Positions 39,596 through 49,731 of a stretch of 64,000 bases of DNA are shown here, piece after piece; position 1 is the stretch's first letter; every line of letters begins with the position of its first letter. Source of the DNA: Thermoproteota archaeon (lineage in GTDB: Archaea; Asgardarchaeota; Njordarchaeia; Njordarchaeales; Panguiarchaeaceae); assembly GCA_024720975.1 (NCBI GenBank), contig JANJXX010000002.1, forward strand, positions 1-64,000, read 5' to 3'. Under the pieces are notes generated by a model. It was not told where the DNA came from and made no database searches. It saw only the letters and a list, made by a program, of their open reading frames with translations. Made by a program: the position numbers and the translations under genes.

Positions 39596-39859
39596 CTACT
39601 TTTCTTCGCCTTTAGATTTGTACTCGAGGAATGGAAATACTATGAAAATGACTACGTCCCCTCGCACTACTACATGTCCCAGAGACTTAAACGAGCCATC
39701 ATCTAGTATTTGCTGCGCATCACCTAGAGTTAAATTCAAGTGAACATCAAAACCCTTCAATTTGCCTCTTATGTACTTATTTCCCTTGACTTTAACAACA
39801 ACATTATTTTCTAGGGACCAAACGAGTGCCTCTTTAGGCTTTAATGCTGCTTCCGACAT
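39596..39859 (-). CDS. Sm-like archaeal protein (LSm/SmAP1)
   Basis: GKLKGFDVHLNL, VVVRGD; canonical Sm-rpl37e pair. Confidence 0.95.
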   Translation of the reverse strand: MSEAALKPKEALVWSLENNVVVKVKGNKYIRGKLKGFDVHLNLTLGDAQQILDDGSFKSLGHVVVRGDVVIFIVFPFLEYKSKGEEK

Positions 39860-39924
39860 TTTAAGACCCTTTGTATAATTGGATACTCAATTATGGATTA
39901 AAGCCACTACCTTAAGACCCTTAA

Positions 39925-41178
39925 TCAAACAATGAAATTAAATGCAAAAATTGTTAATATAACCACAGAGATTATCAAGAGTATTCGAAAGCCAAGTTTA
40001 CCATAATTTTCTATAAACACAGAGGCTAACCAATTAAAGCCATCTAGAAAGAATATCGGAAGTGAATTTACGACAAATATTAAGAACTCCAACATCGAAT
40101 TTATTAGAAGGAAGTAAACTATGTCAAACATCATACTGTCACTTATTAACGAAAAATTGCTTTTGATGTACTGTTGCATTAGAATACCTATGTATGGTTT
40201 GCCATTTTCCTCGGCTAGCACGATGTAAAATGTTTTTTCTAATCCCGCCCGTAGAACTGTTATTGATATATTGTCACCAGGACGAAATCTTAGAAGGACC
40301 TCTTGAAATTCTTTAATCGTCCTAACACGTTGCTCTGCTAACCTTATTATTATATCCTCTACCTGGAGACCATAAATGTACGCTGGACTGTTGTTATCTA
40401 CAGCCAAAATCTTAATGCCGTATTCCTCGTAAACCCCAGTGAGCTTAAAACTATATAATGTGCCTGCAAATGCAAGCATCAAGATTATGTTTGCAAAAAC
40501 ACCAGCAGCGACGATTTTCCTAAACTTTTTTAGCAATGCTTTACTGTTCGTTTTAAGCGACACTTCTTCCTCTGAGCTTGACTTGTTACTTTTAACTTCA
40601 CTAGTGGCGCTGCTTTTAGTATATCTGTCCAACACTTGTTGGAGCTCATCTTCTATATCTAGCTCAACGAAACCCCCACCAAAGCCGATTGATATCAGTA
40701 ATCCTGCAGATTTTATCCTCTTATCTTCTGCCACAGCAACAGCGCCATGGAAAATCTCATGCGTTATCACTGCTATGGCGAAGCCAAGGAATATGATGAT
40801 TAGAAATTTGCCTAGTGGTATGGTTATGAAGGGAATAACTAACTCAAATCTAGATCCTATTGGTAGACCCATGAACTCCATGTAAAAGTTTGTGAATAGG
40901 GCAATAGTGTTGATTGAAATGTAGGAGATACTTAGTGTCATTATAAACGGAAAAGTTCGATTAGCGACCGAACCAAGATATTTCCAAAAGTCTTTATATT
41001 TTATTCCAACATATTCAATGAACTTTTTGAATTTATCACTTTGATAGACTACGATAAGAGGATAAATCTTTAAACGCCCCCTATTCTGTTTGAATTTCTT
41101 CCAGATTATTGATAATGCTATCCAGGTGACAACGAGCAAAATTACTGGATGAATGCCATTAACTAATTTTTCGCTCAT
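39925..41178 (-). CDS. Site-2 protease (M50) with PDZ domain
   Basis: HEIFH, GGFVE, AGVFAN, NSPA..GLQVEDII, NSLPIFFLDG. Confidence 0.93.
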   Translation of the reverse strand: MSEKLVNGIHPVILLVVTWIALSIIWKKFKQNRGRLKIYPLIVVYQSDKFKKFIEYVGIKYKDFWKYLGSVANRTFPFIMTLSISYISINTIALFTNFYMEFMGLPIGSRFELVIPFITIPLGKFLIIIFLGFAIAVITHEIFHGAVAVAEDKRIKSAGLLISIGFGGGFVELDIEDELQQVLDRYTKSSATSEVKSNKSSSEEEVSLKTNSKALLKKFRKIVAAGVFANIILMLAFAGTLYSFKLTGVYEEYGIKILAVDNNSPAYIYGLQVEDIIIRLAEQRVRTIKEFQEVLLRFRPGDNISITVLRAGLEKTFYIVLAEENGKPYIGILMQQYIKSNFSLISDSMMFDIVYFLLINSMLEFLIFVVNSLPIFFLDGFNWLASVFIENYGKLGFRILLIISVVILTIFAFNFIV

Positions 41179-41181
41179 TCG

Positions 41182-42249
41182 TTAGCGCCTAATAACGGCT
41201 CGTGCCTGCATAAGGATGTTGGTTACAGTCAACAGCTTACACGCTTCAGCGACATTAAGTATCTCTTGAAGTACTAAATCTGAGACAAATTCTATTGTGC
41301 GATCCAAAACTATCTGAGCGAATTTTTTGTTAGAAAGCTCCTGGATTATTGTTGCAAAGACTTCTGAGTTTGATATGAAGTATGCCATTATCGGATTTTT
41401 ATGTATGTCAAAGACTCCGCTAAAGTTCTTGGCTAACAGATCGAGTATTAATTCCTGGATTCTTGTAGGAACATCAAAATTGTGGAGTATTAACCATCGT
41501 GCGGCCACTAGAATTCTCTTTAATACCATGCTTTCGAAGTTCTCGCTAATCTTATTGATATCATGTTCGTTTAATCCTTCTCTTAAGAGAGCCTTTGATC
41601 TGGCTATAATATCATACGTATATATACTTTCCATATCCTGATCAATCTTGAGCGATATATCTCTGAGATTGCTTACTAAAGGAAGCAACAAGTTTTGTAC
41701 ATTTTCATATGAAAGTTTATTGAATGCTGCCCAGGCAGCGTCCATTATCGGCACTAGGAACTCTACTTTCAGTGATTCTATGTCTACTTTGGATATCACC
41801 CTAAGTAAAAAGTTTAATCCCCTTAGCAATACTGTCATACCTATTCCTTTAATTCCGGCTAGAGCTTCCAATGCCCTTGCTGTGGGGTATATGATGCCGA
41901 AGTATAAATCGTCGTCCAATACTATTGGACTTCCCGTCTGTAGATCATCTGCACGGTTATCAGATGTTAAAATCCAGGCACCATCTAGAGGGTCTGTAGA
42001 TGGTTGTGCTAGTCTACTTTTTCTTTGTAGTGAGAGAAGATGATTAAGCACAAAGCTTAAGAAGTTAGAGACATTGGGCACCTCCATAAGATATCTCAAT
42101 GCTAGTATTAGAAAGTTAGTCGTTGCAAGCTTTTCTTGGATTGCATCCTCAGCGTCGTTATTTTTGAAGAATTTCCTGTAGATTAAGTAGTCAAGGAACT
42201 CAGCCAGTGTGGAAGTGGCTAATTTGACGATCGTACGTTCACGTGCTAT
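41182..42249 (-). CDS. Hypothetical alpha-helical protein; probable ATA start at 42249
   Basis: Frame open 50 codons upstream of tracked TTG; GGTGG SD 6 nt before ATA. Confidence 0.7.
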   Translation of the reverse strand: MARERTIVKLATSTLAEFLDYLIYRKFFKNNDAEDAIQEKLATTNFLILALRYLMEVPNVSNFLSFVLNHLLSLQRKSRLAQPSTDPLDGAWILTSDNRADDLQTGSPIVLDDDLYFGIIYPTARALEALAGIKGIGMTVLLRGLNFLLRVISKVDIESLKVEFLVPIMDAAWAAFNKLSYENVQNLLLPLVSNLRDISLKIDQDMESIYTYDIIARSKALLREGLNEHDINKISENFESMVLKRILVAARWLILHNFDVPTRIQELILDLLAKNFSGVFDIHKNPIMAYFISNSEVFATIIQELSNKKFAQIVLDRTIEFVSDLVLQEILNVAEACKLLTVTNILMQARAVIRR

Positions 42250-42429
42250 TTCCGCCCACCAACTCTATCCTTCTTTAATGTTTAGTATCTTAACGCATTA
42301 TTACTATATTAGGGCCATGAGAGAATATAATGCGGTTCATGAAAGCACTGGCATGATTGCCAGCCTAAGGACTTGCTATCGCATTTGTTCATTATCCTTT
42401 GATCCCTCTTAGAGTTGGGTGCAAAGAGG

Positions 42430-43482
42430 ATGACAACCCTAGAAAAAGTTAGTGGCGACCTCGAACGAATGTATGCGCAGTTTCAGATAAAACCTATGTC
42501 TGACATAGCAAGTATACTGCCACCAAATAGATACCTCGAAATGGGCATACTAATAGCTCACCGAGACCTAGACGAAGTGCTAAGAGAAAGAACCTGGGCC
42601 ATAGTCTCAGGCCGCGGTCCAAGTGGACCAATGCACTTAGGACATATTTTGGTGTTTGAGTTGGTCGCCTGGTTTCAGCGCACATTTGATGTTTACGCGT
42701 TTATTCCTTTATCGGATGATGAAAAATATGTCTTTGGTAAGATAGATGATTTGCATGACGCACATACGTGGGCCATAGATAATGCTAGGTGGATTGCTTC
42801 TCTGGGGTTTAATCCAAAGAAGACCCGCATCTACATATCTTCGACTCATCCTTGGGTTTACCGTTATTCTGTTTTTATATCGAGGTACCTAACTTTATCG
42901 ACAGTTAAAAACGCATTAGGAGCAGATGACTCTAAAAACATTGGAATCCCCTTTTACGCCGCTGTACAAATTGCACATATACTCCAACCAACAATTGATT
43001 ATGGTCTTAGAACCTTGGTTCCCATTGGTCTAGACCAGGATGTATTTATGAGACTTACCAGGGACGTTGCGGAAAAGTTGAAGTTGAAAAAACCTGCCAG
43101 TGTGTATGTGAAGTTCCTGTCTGGTTTGAAAAAGGTGCCCATGTCGAGTTCGATACCAGAAACTGCGATATACCTGACGGACGACGATTATACGATATTT
43201 AATAAAATAATGCGTGCCCATTCTGGAGGAGCTATATCAACTGTTCATCAAAGAATTCAGGGAGGAAATCCTAATGATTGTGTGATTTTTGAATGGCTTC
43301 AGGCATTCTACTTTAGAAGTAAGAGAGAGTCAGATGAGTACGCCTATATCTGCAAAACCGGCCAGATCATTTGTGGTTACGATTGCAGAATTCTCGCATA
43401 TAAGGCGATAAAGCATTATCTTGATTGGCTTCGTAGGAAATATGAAAAAACGAATCTTGAGCAATTTATCTGGAAACCTTAG
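42430..43482 (+). CDS. trpS: Tryptophanyl-tRNA synthetase
   Basis: SGRGPSGPMHLGH, DDEKY, IGLDQD, MSSS. Confidence 0.95.
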   Translation: MTTLEKVSGDLERMYAQFQIKPMSDIASILPPNRYLEMGILIAHRDLDEVLRERTWAIVSGRGPSGPMHLGHILVFELVAWFQRTFDVYAFIPLSDDEKYVFGKIDDLHDAHTWAIDNARWIASLGFNPKKTRIYISSTHPWVYRYSVFISRYLTLSTVKNALGADDSKNIGIPFYAAVQIAHILQPTIDYGLRTLVPIGLDQDVFMRLTRDVAEKLKLKKPASVYVKFLSGLKKVPMSSSIPETAIYLTDDDYTIFNKIMRAHSGGAISTVHQRIQGGNPNDCVIFEWLQAFYFRSKRESDEYAYICKTGQIICGYDCRILAYKAIKHYLDWLRRKYEKTNLEQFIWKP

Positions 43483-43695
43483 GGGACACTTTATTGACAT
43501 CAATTACAAATTAACCTTTGTGTCGTTACCTAGAGAACCAAGCTTAAACTTTACCTTGCCTTAGGACAAACCCCGAGATGAATTCAATAGAAGAAACCAG
43601 ATACATTCTACTTTTACTCTTGCGCATTTATTCATACTTCGTGCTGCGCTCCGACGCCATAGGTATCCAAGAATTTCAAAGTCAAATGCGAATTT

Positions 43696-43932
43696 CTATT
43701 TTTCTTGAGTTACTATCAGCCAGGACCCTACTTTCCTTATTTTGTATTCCTTTGAGAGCTTTCTTGTAATAAATTGCAGTCCTCTTTGTCCTTTCAGCTC
43801 TTTCTTCAAGACCCTTAGACGAACAATTGCGTATGGACTATGCTTTAATTCCTGCTCGATTCTTTCCTTTAAACGCTTATATACTTGCCCTAGTAGATCA
43901 GAAAGCGAGTTCTCGTCCGATTCAGGCTCCAT
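43696..43932 (-). CDS. Small basic protein, possibly YhbY/CRM-like RNA-binding
   Basis: IEQEL...IVRLRVL...IRKVGSWLIV loosely resembles a CRM core; weak. Confidence 0.5.
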   Translation of the reverse strand: MEPESDENSLSDLLGQVYKRLKERIEQELKHSPYAIVRLRVLKKELKGQRGLQFITRKLSKEYKIRKVGSWLIVTQEK

Positions 43933-44057
43933 AGCTTAATTACCAATTTTAATTTGACTGGGAATAGTGTTGATATCCCCAAAAAGTTTATGATGAACAA
44001 AATTTGTGGTTCTGAATCATTCATATAATAGTCGATAACCCTAATAAATTCATGCAG

Positions 44058-45836
44058 CTATTTGTGGGCAAATGCTATGAAGATTACCTCACCTTCATTT
44101 TGAATAATACGCCCAAATCCATATCTTTCCATCTGGACATATTCACCATTCTTTAATTGCTGAGCCAGAAATTCAACGTAACCCTCCTTAATACCGCTAG
44201 GAGTTTCTACAAACGCTTTTATTGCCAGATCTCCCGCTGGAACCCAGTGAATTATTTCAACACCTCTGATAGGCTTTAAACTTAGTTGTTCTGCATAGAT
44301 GCTATTGTTCATTAGATCTATGTTTACGATTCTACAATTCATTAATCCCTTTAATCTTATAGGACTCTTCGAATCTTGAGCCCTTCGAAGCAAGTCGACA
44401 TCTTCCCTGGAGATGTATAGGTTGAGCACTTTTTTACCATCGACTGTTAACGGACGAAGTCTATACTCTCTGTAACCGGCGGCTTCATTCCCAGGTATCC
44501 ATGGATTACGCGCTAGGAAGAGGTCATCCTCTACATAGACTTTCAAAACTATTGGATCCTCGACAAAGAAGATTCTCTTGGCTATCTTTGATAGCACCTT
44601 GGAATTGAACGAATATAACGTCACGAGTGGCATATCTTTTATGTCATTCTTTGTCATACCAACGTGTTCAGCTAACATCTTTATGGCATCGGGGTGTATT
44701 CCTCTACGAATAAGCGCGCGAATTGTTACTAATGATGAATCTTCCCAGCCACTTATTTCCTTGCTTCTGAGGGCCGATCTTATGTGCCTCTTGTGTGCCG
44801 GTGCGCCTTCAAAAGTTACCATTCCATACTCAATATAGTTTATGTTCAATTTCCAGTTAAAGGCATCAGCAATGAAATTCTGGATAACTCGATTCGTTTC
44901 ATGCTCTTTAGCTCTAATAACATGAGTGATCTTTGATATGTAATGGTCCTCTATTATACACGCATAATTATAGAGCGGGTAGATTTTGTAATTGTATCCT
45001 GTGCGAGGATGAGGTACTGTCTCAATTATTCTAAGCAGAGGGGGATCTATTAAAGCAGGATTTTCTAGTTCGAGATTGGTTTTAAGACGCACTATAGCTT
45101 CTCCTTCCCGGTATTTACACTGAAGCATATTCTCCCAATAGTCAACGGTGTCCATTTTTTCCCTATGTTCGCACGGTTTTCTTCTGGCGACATTCCTCTT
45201 GAACTCTTCACTTGAGCAGAGGCATACGTAAGCTTTTCCATTCTCAAAAAGCTTGTAGGTTAACTCATAATAAATTTCAAAATGGTCTGATTCACAGACG
45301 AGCTCGTCCCAATCTAGGCCGAGGGAGCGCAGATCCTCCTGTATCCAATCATAGTATATTAGTCGAATTCTTCTTGGATCAGTATCTTCGATACGAAGTA
45401 TGAATTTACCATCATAACGCCTAGCATAATACCAGCTAAGATATGCTGCCCTCAAGATTTGTCCGAGGTGTAGGGCACCCGTTGGGGCCGGAGCAAAACG
45501 AGTGATAACTTTCCCCTTCGAGGCATTAGGGAGTTCAGGGAGACCAATCCTTGTTTTAGTGGCTTTTTCTTCTTCGATCATTTGTATGGTTATTCCATAT
45601 TCTTCCTCCATTAGTTTAACTTGCTCATCGTAGCTCAATGAGTTAACATATTCTACTATCTCGTTGACTAGAGACATTAATGCATCTCGCCTTGAGACAT
45701 CTTTTATTTCTTGCTTCAGCTCGGGTACCTCAACGAAGATTTTGTTCATAACAGCTATCTTATCAGCTTTACCCTCGTGTTCGATAGCATTTTTGAGTGC
45801 ATACTTGAATATTAAATCTCTCAGGTCTACGCTCAT
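44058..45836 (-). CDS. gltX: Glutamyl-tRNA synthetase (archaeal type)
   Basis: YALKNA..H.GKA, TRFAPAPTG.LHLG, RIEDTDP, THVIRAKEH, VQMERYGFGR. Confidence 0.96.
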   Translation of the reverse strand: MSVDLRDLIFKYALKNAIEHEGKADKIAVMNKIFVEVPELKQEIKDVSRRDALMSLVNEIVEYVNSLSYDEQVKLMEEEYGITIQMIEEEKATKTRIGLPELPNASKGKVITRFAPAPTGALHLGQILRAAYLSWYYARRYDGKFILRIEDTDPRRIRLIYYDWIQEDLRSLGLDWDELVCESDHFEIYYELTYKLFENGKAYVCLCSSEEFKRNVARRKPCEHREKMDTVDYWENMLQCKYREGEAIVRLKTNLELENPALIDPPLLRIIETVPHPRTGYNYKIYPLYNYACIIEDHYISKITHVIRAKEHETNRVIQNFIADAFNWKLNINYIEYGMVTFEGAPAHKRHIRSALRSKEISGWEDSSLVTIRALIRRGIHPDAIKMLAEHVGMTKNDIKDMPLVTLYSFNSKVLSKIAKRIFFVEDPIVLKVYVEDDLFLARNPWIPGNEAAGYREYRLRPLTVDGKKVLNLYISREDVDLLRRAQDSKSPIRLKGLMNCRIVNIDLMNNSIYAEQLSLKPIRGVEIIHWVPAGDLAIKAFVETPSGIKEGYVEFLAQQLKNGEYVQMERYGFGRIIQNEGEVIFIAFAHK

Positions 45837-46016
45837 TAAATTCCCCGCAACTTATACCTAATCATAACAAATATGACCCTAATTTTTAATAATTAAGAGG
45901 GATGAGCTAAATACAGGCAAATCCTTGAACACTCATGTACCAAAATAGATCCTTCGAGACTTTAAATAGAATCTGCTGTCAGATCCTTCAGGGTTTAATA
46001 AAGTGACAGTTTGAAA

Positions 46017-46091
46017 TGGGCCCGGCGGGATTTGAACCCGCGACACCCGCCTTAGAAGGGCGGCGCGCTTTCCTGGCTGCGCCACGGGCCC
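46017..46091 (-). tRNA. tRNA-Arg(TCT)
   Basis: GGGCCCG/CGGGCCC, A20, loop CTTCTAA. Confidence 0.96.
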
Positions 46092-46144
46092 CTATTTTCT
46101 CAACTTCTCTATAGTTATGAAAAGTAGGAATTTTTCGGAAATAT

Positions 46145-46217
46145 TAGGCCCGGCCGGATTCGAACCGGCGTCAGAGGATCCAGAGTCCCCCATGCTTGAC
46201 CGCTACACCACGGGCCT
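46145..46217 (-). tRNA. tRNA-Gln(CTG)
   Basis: A1:U72 acceptor AGGCCCG/CGGGCCT, loop CTCTGGA. Confidence 0.96.
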
Positions 46218-46239
46218 ATAGTGTAAGTGTTAGTAGTGA

Positions 46240-46310
46240 TGCGCCGGGCGGGATTCGAACCCGCGTCACCAGCTTGGAAGGCTGGCATCCTTCCACTAGA
46301 CTACCGGCGC
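46240..46310 (-). tRNA. tRNA-Gly(TCC)
   Basis: GCGCCGG/CCGGCGC, loop CTTCCAA. Confidence 0.96.
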
Positions 46311-46938
46311 ACCTAAGTACTACTCTACCTATTTTACTATTTTTTAAGATTTATCTTTGGAAGCATCAAACAGCTGTGTTCATAAACACCTAGCTATAGT
46401 CTCTAGACACTATCGTTTATCTACATCTTGAATAAGGTGGGAAACTAACAGCCCTCGGCAAGGGAATTTTGTGAAAAGTGTTTTTTGGATATATAGAGCT
46501 AAGGTTTTTCTCCACAATCTGGATGCAGCAAACAACAAAGACTACTTCACAAAAAGAGGTCTTTTTTGCTGTATCAGGCAAATACTCTGTACTTGGAGAA
46601 TTTTTTGCTTCAATGAAACCTTTCTATATGGTTGAAAGCGATTTAATAGACGATCCAAAGATACCAGGAGTGCCGTTGTATCTATAGGATGTTTAAAAAA
46701 CCAGAAGAAGCTTTTAGCCAAAAATGTGGCCGATGAAGAAGTGTCCTATAGATTGAATGCAGATATTGTTGTAGAAATCTACAGAATCAAACCACCCTTG
46801 ACCTAGAACCTCTACAACTTTCCAAATTGAAGTTAAAGGTTTCTGAAACTTCTGAATTAGGTTGAAACTACCATGCGATTCGCATAAGTAGCTTTTATAT
46901 TTAACAAAAAGCTAGGTCATTACAGATAGACAAGGTAA

Positions 46939-47502
46939 ATGAGGATATATATGAGTGAGCCAAAGAAATATAAACACCTACCCGAAAAATTTCCAACTAG
47001 AGAAGAAGTTAAGGGAATAGATGTAGACAAACTTGTCAACATGCTACTTTCAGCATTTGCTGATAAAATACTAGCCTGGTATCAATATTACGTAAGTGGA
47101 TATGCTGTCAAAGGCCATACTTCTACAGAAATAGAGGATGTATTCAAGAAGATAGCAGATGATGAGTTAAATGATCATGCGAAACTGTTAGCAGATAGAC
47201 TACAGAATTTTGATGTAGATCCACCAGACTTTAGGGATCTTTGGCATTTATCGAAATGCAGACAAACAGAGCTTCCTGAAGATCCGCATGACATAGATGG
47301 ATTCATAATTGCCAGCATATTAGCCGAAAGATGTGCTCTAGCTCATTATAGAGAGATATTCAACTACGTGTTTGGAAAAGATCCAATAACAGAAGAAATT
47401 ATAGAAGATATAATGAAGGATGAAGCTGAACATGAAACAATATTCAGGAGCTTGCTGTCGAAAGAAGGACTAAAAAGACTTGAAGAACTAGAGAAGAAGT
47501 AA
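46939..47502 (+). CDS. DPS-like (DPSL/thioferritin) ferritin-superfamily protein
   Basis: GIDVDKLV, DELNDH, SKC, AERCA, GKDPIT, DEAEHE; Cys pair typical of DPSL; start may be 46951. Confidence 0.85.
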   Translation: MRIYMSEPKKYKHLPEKFPTREEVKGIDVDKLVNMLLSAFADKILAWYQYYVSGYAVKGHTSTEIEDVFKKIADDELNDHAKLLADRLQNFDVDPPDFRDLWHLSKCRQTELPEDPHDIDGFIIASILAERCALAHYREIFNYVFGKDPITEEIIEDIMKDEAEHETIFRSLLSKEGLKRLEELEKK

Positions 47503-47689
47503 ATATTATCGCCCCTATTTCTATCTCGATACATTATCTTTTAATTTTTTGAATTAGCAAGATCTACAGTATGCAAGGACTATTTTTCTATGTTTTTAAT
47601 TAGATACTCCAAAAACCCGGTAACAATAGCCAAGGTGTTTAAATCAGTACATATTGTGAGGCAGATTGGAATCCATGAAATGAACTGAG

Positions 47690-48035
47690 TATTCACCTAT
47701 TCACCACAACGCGAAAAACTCATATTAGTTGATAGAGCAGCACACACATCGCGTGAAGCAACCTCAGTCGCTCGTCTCGAGATCTACAAGCTTGAGCCAT
47801 TAAGCAGAATACACCTCATACATATAAAATTTGAGCTGTTTGTGAGTCACTTAGACCTTCTCTATTGATGAACTAAGAACTATTCTTAGAGAAAGAGGCT
47901 GGCTATATTGTGTAAGTTGTAGGAAGATTACATGCGATGAAAGCAAGCTGGAGAGGTATGCAGGGAAACATTTTATCTCTCCAGGTTTTCGTACTCAATG
48001 AATCTGTAGCTTAAGACGCTTACACAGGAGATTGG
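47690..48035 (+). pseudogene. Frameshifted remnant of a small CxxC protein
   Basis: Consecutive fragments in different frames: EKLILVDRA...LEIYKLEPL / ELRTILRERGWLYCVSCRK / NESVA*DAYTGD. Confidence 0.3.
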
Positions 48036-48190
48036 GAAATCCTCTAGGACTAACTAGAGAAAATGTTGATATCATTTTAGGGAGGTCCTCAAGGTGCTGA
48101 GTAGAGACTTCAATGATTGTACTTGCGAGAGCTTCAGCTCGTCAAAGTTTTCTTGTTATTTTTCTTGTTATAATTGATAGAGGGCATTTT

Positions 48191-48781
48191 TCAAATACAA
48201 CCGGTAGACATAGCTAATATGTATGTGTTAATATCCTCTAGAATCTTTCGTCTTATCTCCTTTCTCTGGATTTCAGACGACTGGTACGTAATTGTGTATA
48301 CTACTGTGTCTTTTCTTCTTCGAATGCTTAGAACAAGTGGATCGTCTACGTATCCTAAAACTCCTACCACCAATTTGGGTGAGTTAAGAGCCTCTTCTAC
48401 GAAGGATCTAAATTTTTTGCTTAGTAACTCCATCTTACCTATTTCATCAATGAGTAATACTTGTACGTTCGGATCCTTAAGCATTTTCATTAAATAATTC
48501 TCTACAATTCTCTCAAAACCTTCGATATTAACTCCATATTTTGATACTCTGTATGGACTCTGAATTTCTACGCTTGCTAGTATCTCCTCGGGGCCTTCTG
48601 GATATACCTTGACTTTAAACCCCCACCTCTTTCCGCTAACTCGAATTTCGGGACAAATTATACCTGAGATGCGAATCTTATCTTTCTGCAGGTCTTCTAA
48701 TATACTCATCAGGAGTGTCGATTTGCCTGACCTTGGTGGTCCTGCTATGAATATATTTTTAATCGATTGAAACAAACTCAT
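48191..48781 (-). CDS. NTPase (THEP1/NTPase_1 family)
   Basis: IAGPPRSGKST, RVSKYGVN, IDEIGKMEL.S. Confidence 0.95.
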   Translation of the reverse strand: MSLFQSIKNIFIAGPPRSGKSTLLMSILEDLQKDKIRISGIICPEIRVSGKRWGFKVKVYPEGPEEILASVEIQSPYRVSKYGVNIEGFERIVENYLMKMLKDPNVQVLLIDEIGKMELLSKKFRSFVEEALNSPKLVVGVLGYVDDPLVLSIRRRKDTVVYTITYQSSEIQRKEIRRKILEDINTYILAMSTGCI

Positions 48782-48831
48782 TTGTCTACACCAAATCTTA
48801 TGATTGTATTTTTGCTAATATTGTTCTGCAG

Positions 48832-49179
48832 GTGCAAATATTGTCCGAGGAAATTAGAAGAATAGGTGCTATTTGGAAGGAGATACTTGAAAAGGGCAAG
48901 ATTTCCCTGGAGGAACTTAAGACCGTAATTAGCAAGGAGCATCCGGAAATCTTAAAATACTTTGATGAAATCATTGAAAAGCTCTTCGTGCTAGGATTCA
49001 TTAAGTATGATGGCGAAGACATAGCCCTTGATAATACCATGCCGGACGATTTAGTTGAAATGCCTTGTATCCGTTGCACTAAGGTCTCCACGTGTAAAGT
49101 AGGAGCTAAAAACGATCCCCTAAAATGCGAGAGTTTTGTTGAGTGGTTTATAAAAAAATTCTCTGAGCAATCTTTGTGA
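48832..49179 (+). CDS. TFE-beta / RPC34-like protein (winged helix plus 4-Cys FeS domain)
   Basis: wHTH then PCIRC....TC....NDPLKC..FVEW; likely start TTG 48841. Confidence 0.8.
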   Translation: MQILSEEIRRIGAIWKEILEKGKISLEELKTVISKEHPEILKYFDEIIEKLFVLGFIKYDGEDIALDNTMPDDLVEMPCIRCTKVSTCKVGAKNDPLKCESFVEWFIKKFSEQSL

Positions 49180-49185
49180 TCCAAC

Positions 49186-49731
49186 ATGGAAATTGAAATC
49201 ATTGATAGCAATACTATACGCCTGGGTGAAAACATTTTTAAGGGAGAGTCCATTCAGGGTGTCTTAGAGGTCGCCATACCAATTAATTACTTAATGTCTC
49301 TGCACTTTCTCGATATTCCCAGTAATGTGCGCATACTTACTGACGTCTCAAATTTACTCCCAAGAGATGTTCAGGAGGAATTTACATACAATATTCCATG
49401 CTCTACTGATATCCAAATATCTAGGAACGGCATATCTTACACATTTGACATTGTTCGTAGATACTACTCCAACATTGTTTCCGCTGACTTTTTTACTGAT
49501 GTTATCACTAGGATCGCATCCATGCTAGGCTTCGAAATACTAAGAAAAAGAAGCGACGTTCATTATATCTTAGTAGAATTATTCTTTAATGCACGTCTAC
49601 AGGACTCTGTTTTAGATATCGTAGAAAAAAGAATTCTCTGCTTGCTTAAGTTAGCGTATAGGTTCAACAAACACCTGAGAGAGAATATCGAGAGTTATAT
49701 CAATGAATTTCTTAGGTCAACTTTTTGCTAG
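49186..49731 (+). CDS. Hypothetical protein
   Basis: 181-aa ORF 6 nt after the previous gene. Confidence 0.65.
   Translation: MEIEIIDSNTIRLGENIFKGESIQGVLEVAIPINYLMSLHFLDIPSNVRILTDVSNLLPRDVQEEFTYNIPCSTDIQISRNGISYTFDIVRRYYSNIVSADFFTDVITRIASMLGFEILRKRSDVHYILVELFFNARLQDSVLDIVEKRILCLLKLAYRFNKHLRENIESYINEFLRSTFC

Noticed and set aside
43990-44045. ATGATGA...CTGA as a C/D box sRNA or K-turn
   Set aside because: No second C'/D pair and an AT-rich guide; not supportable without rRNA target matching.
46120-46133. 14-bp reverse-complement match to 29341..29354
   Set aside because: An AT-rich 14-mer match is expected by chance in 64 kb, although both copies are in promoter-like positions.
45840-46320. 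Integrated element at the tRNA cluster
   Set aside because: No integrase and no duplicated tRNA 3' end (att site) seen.
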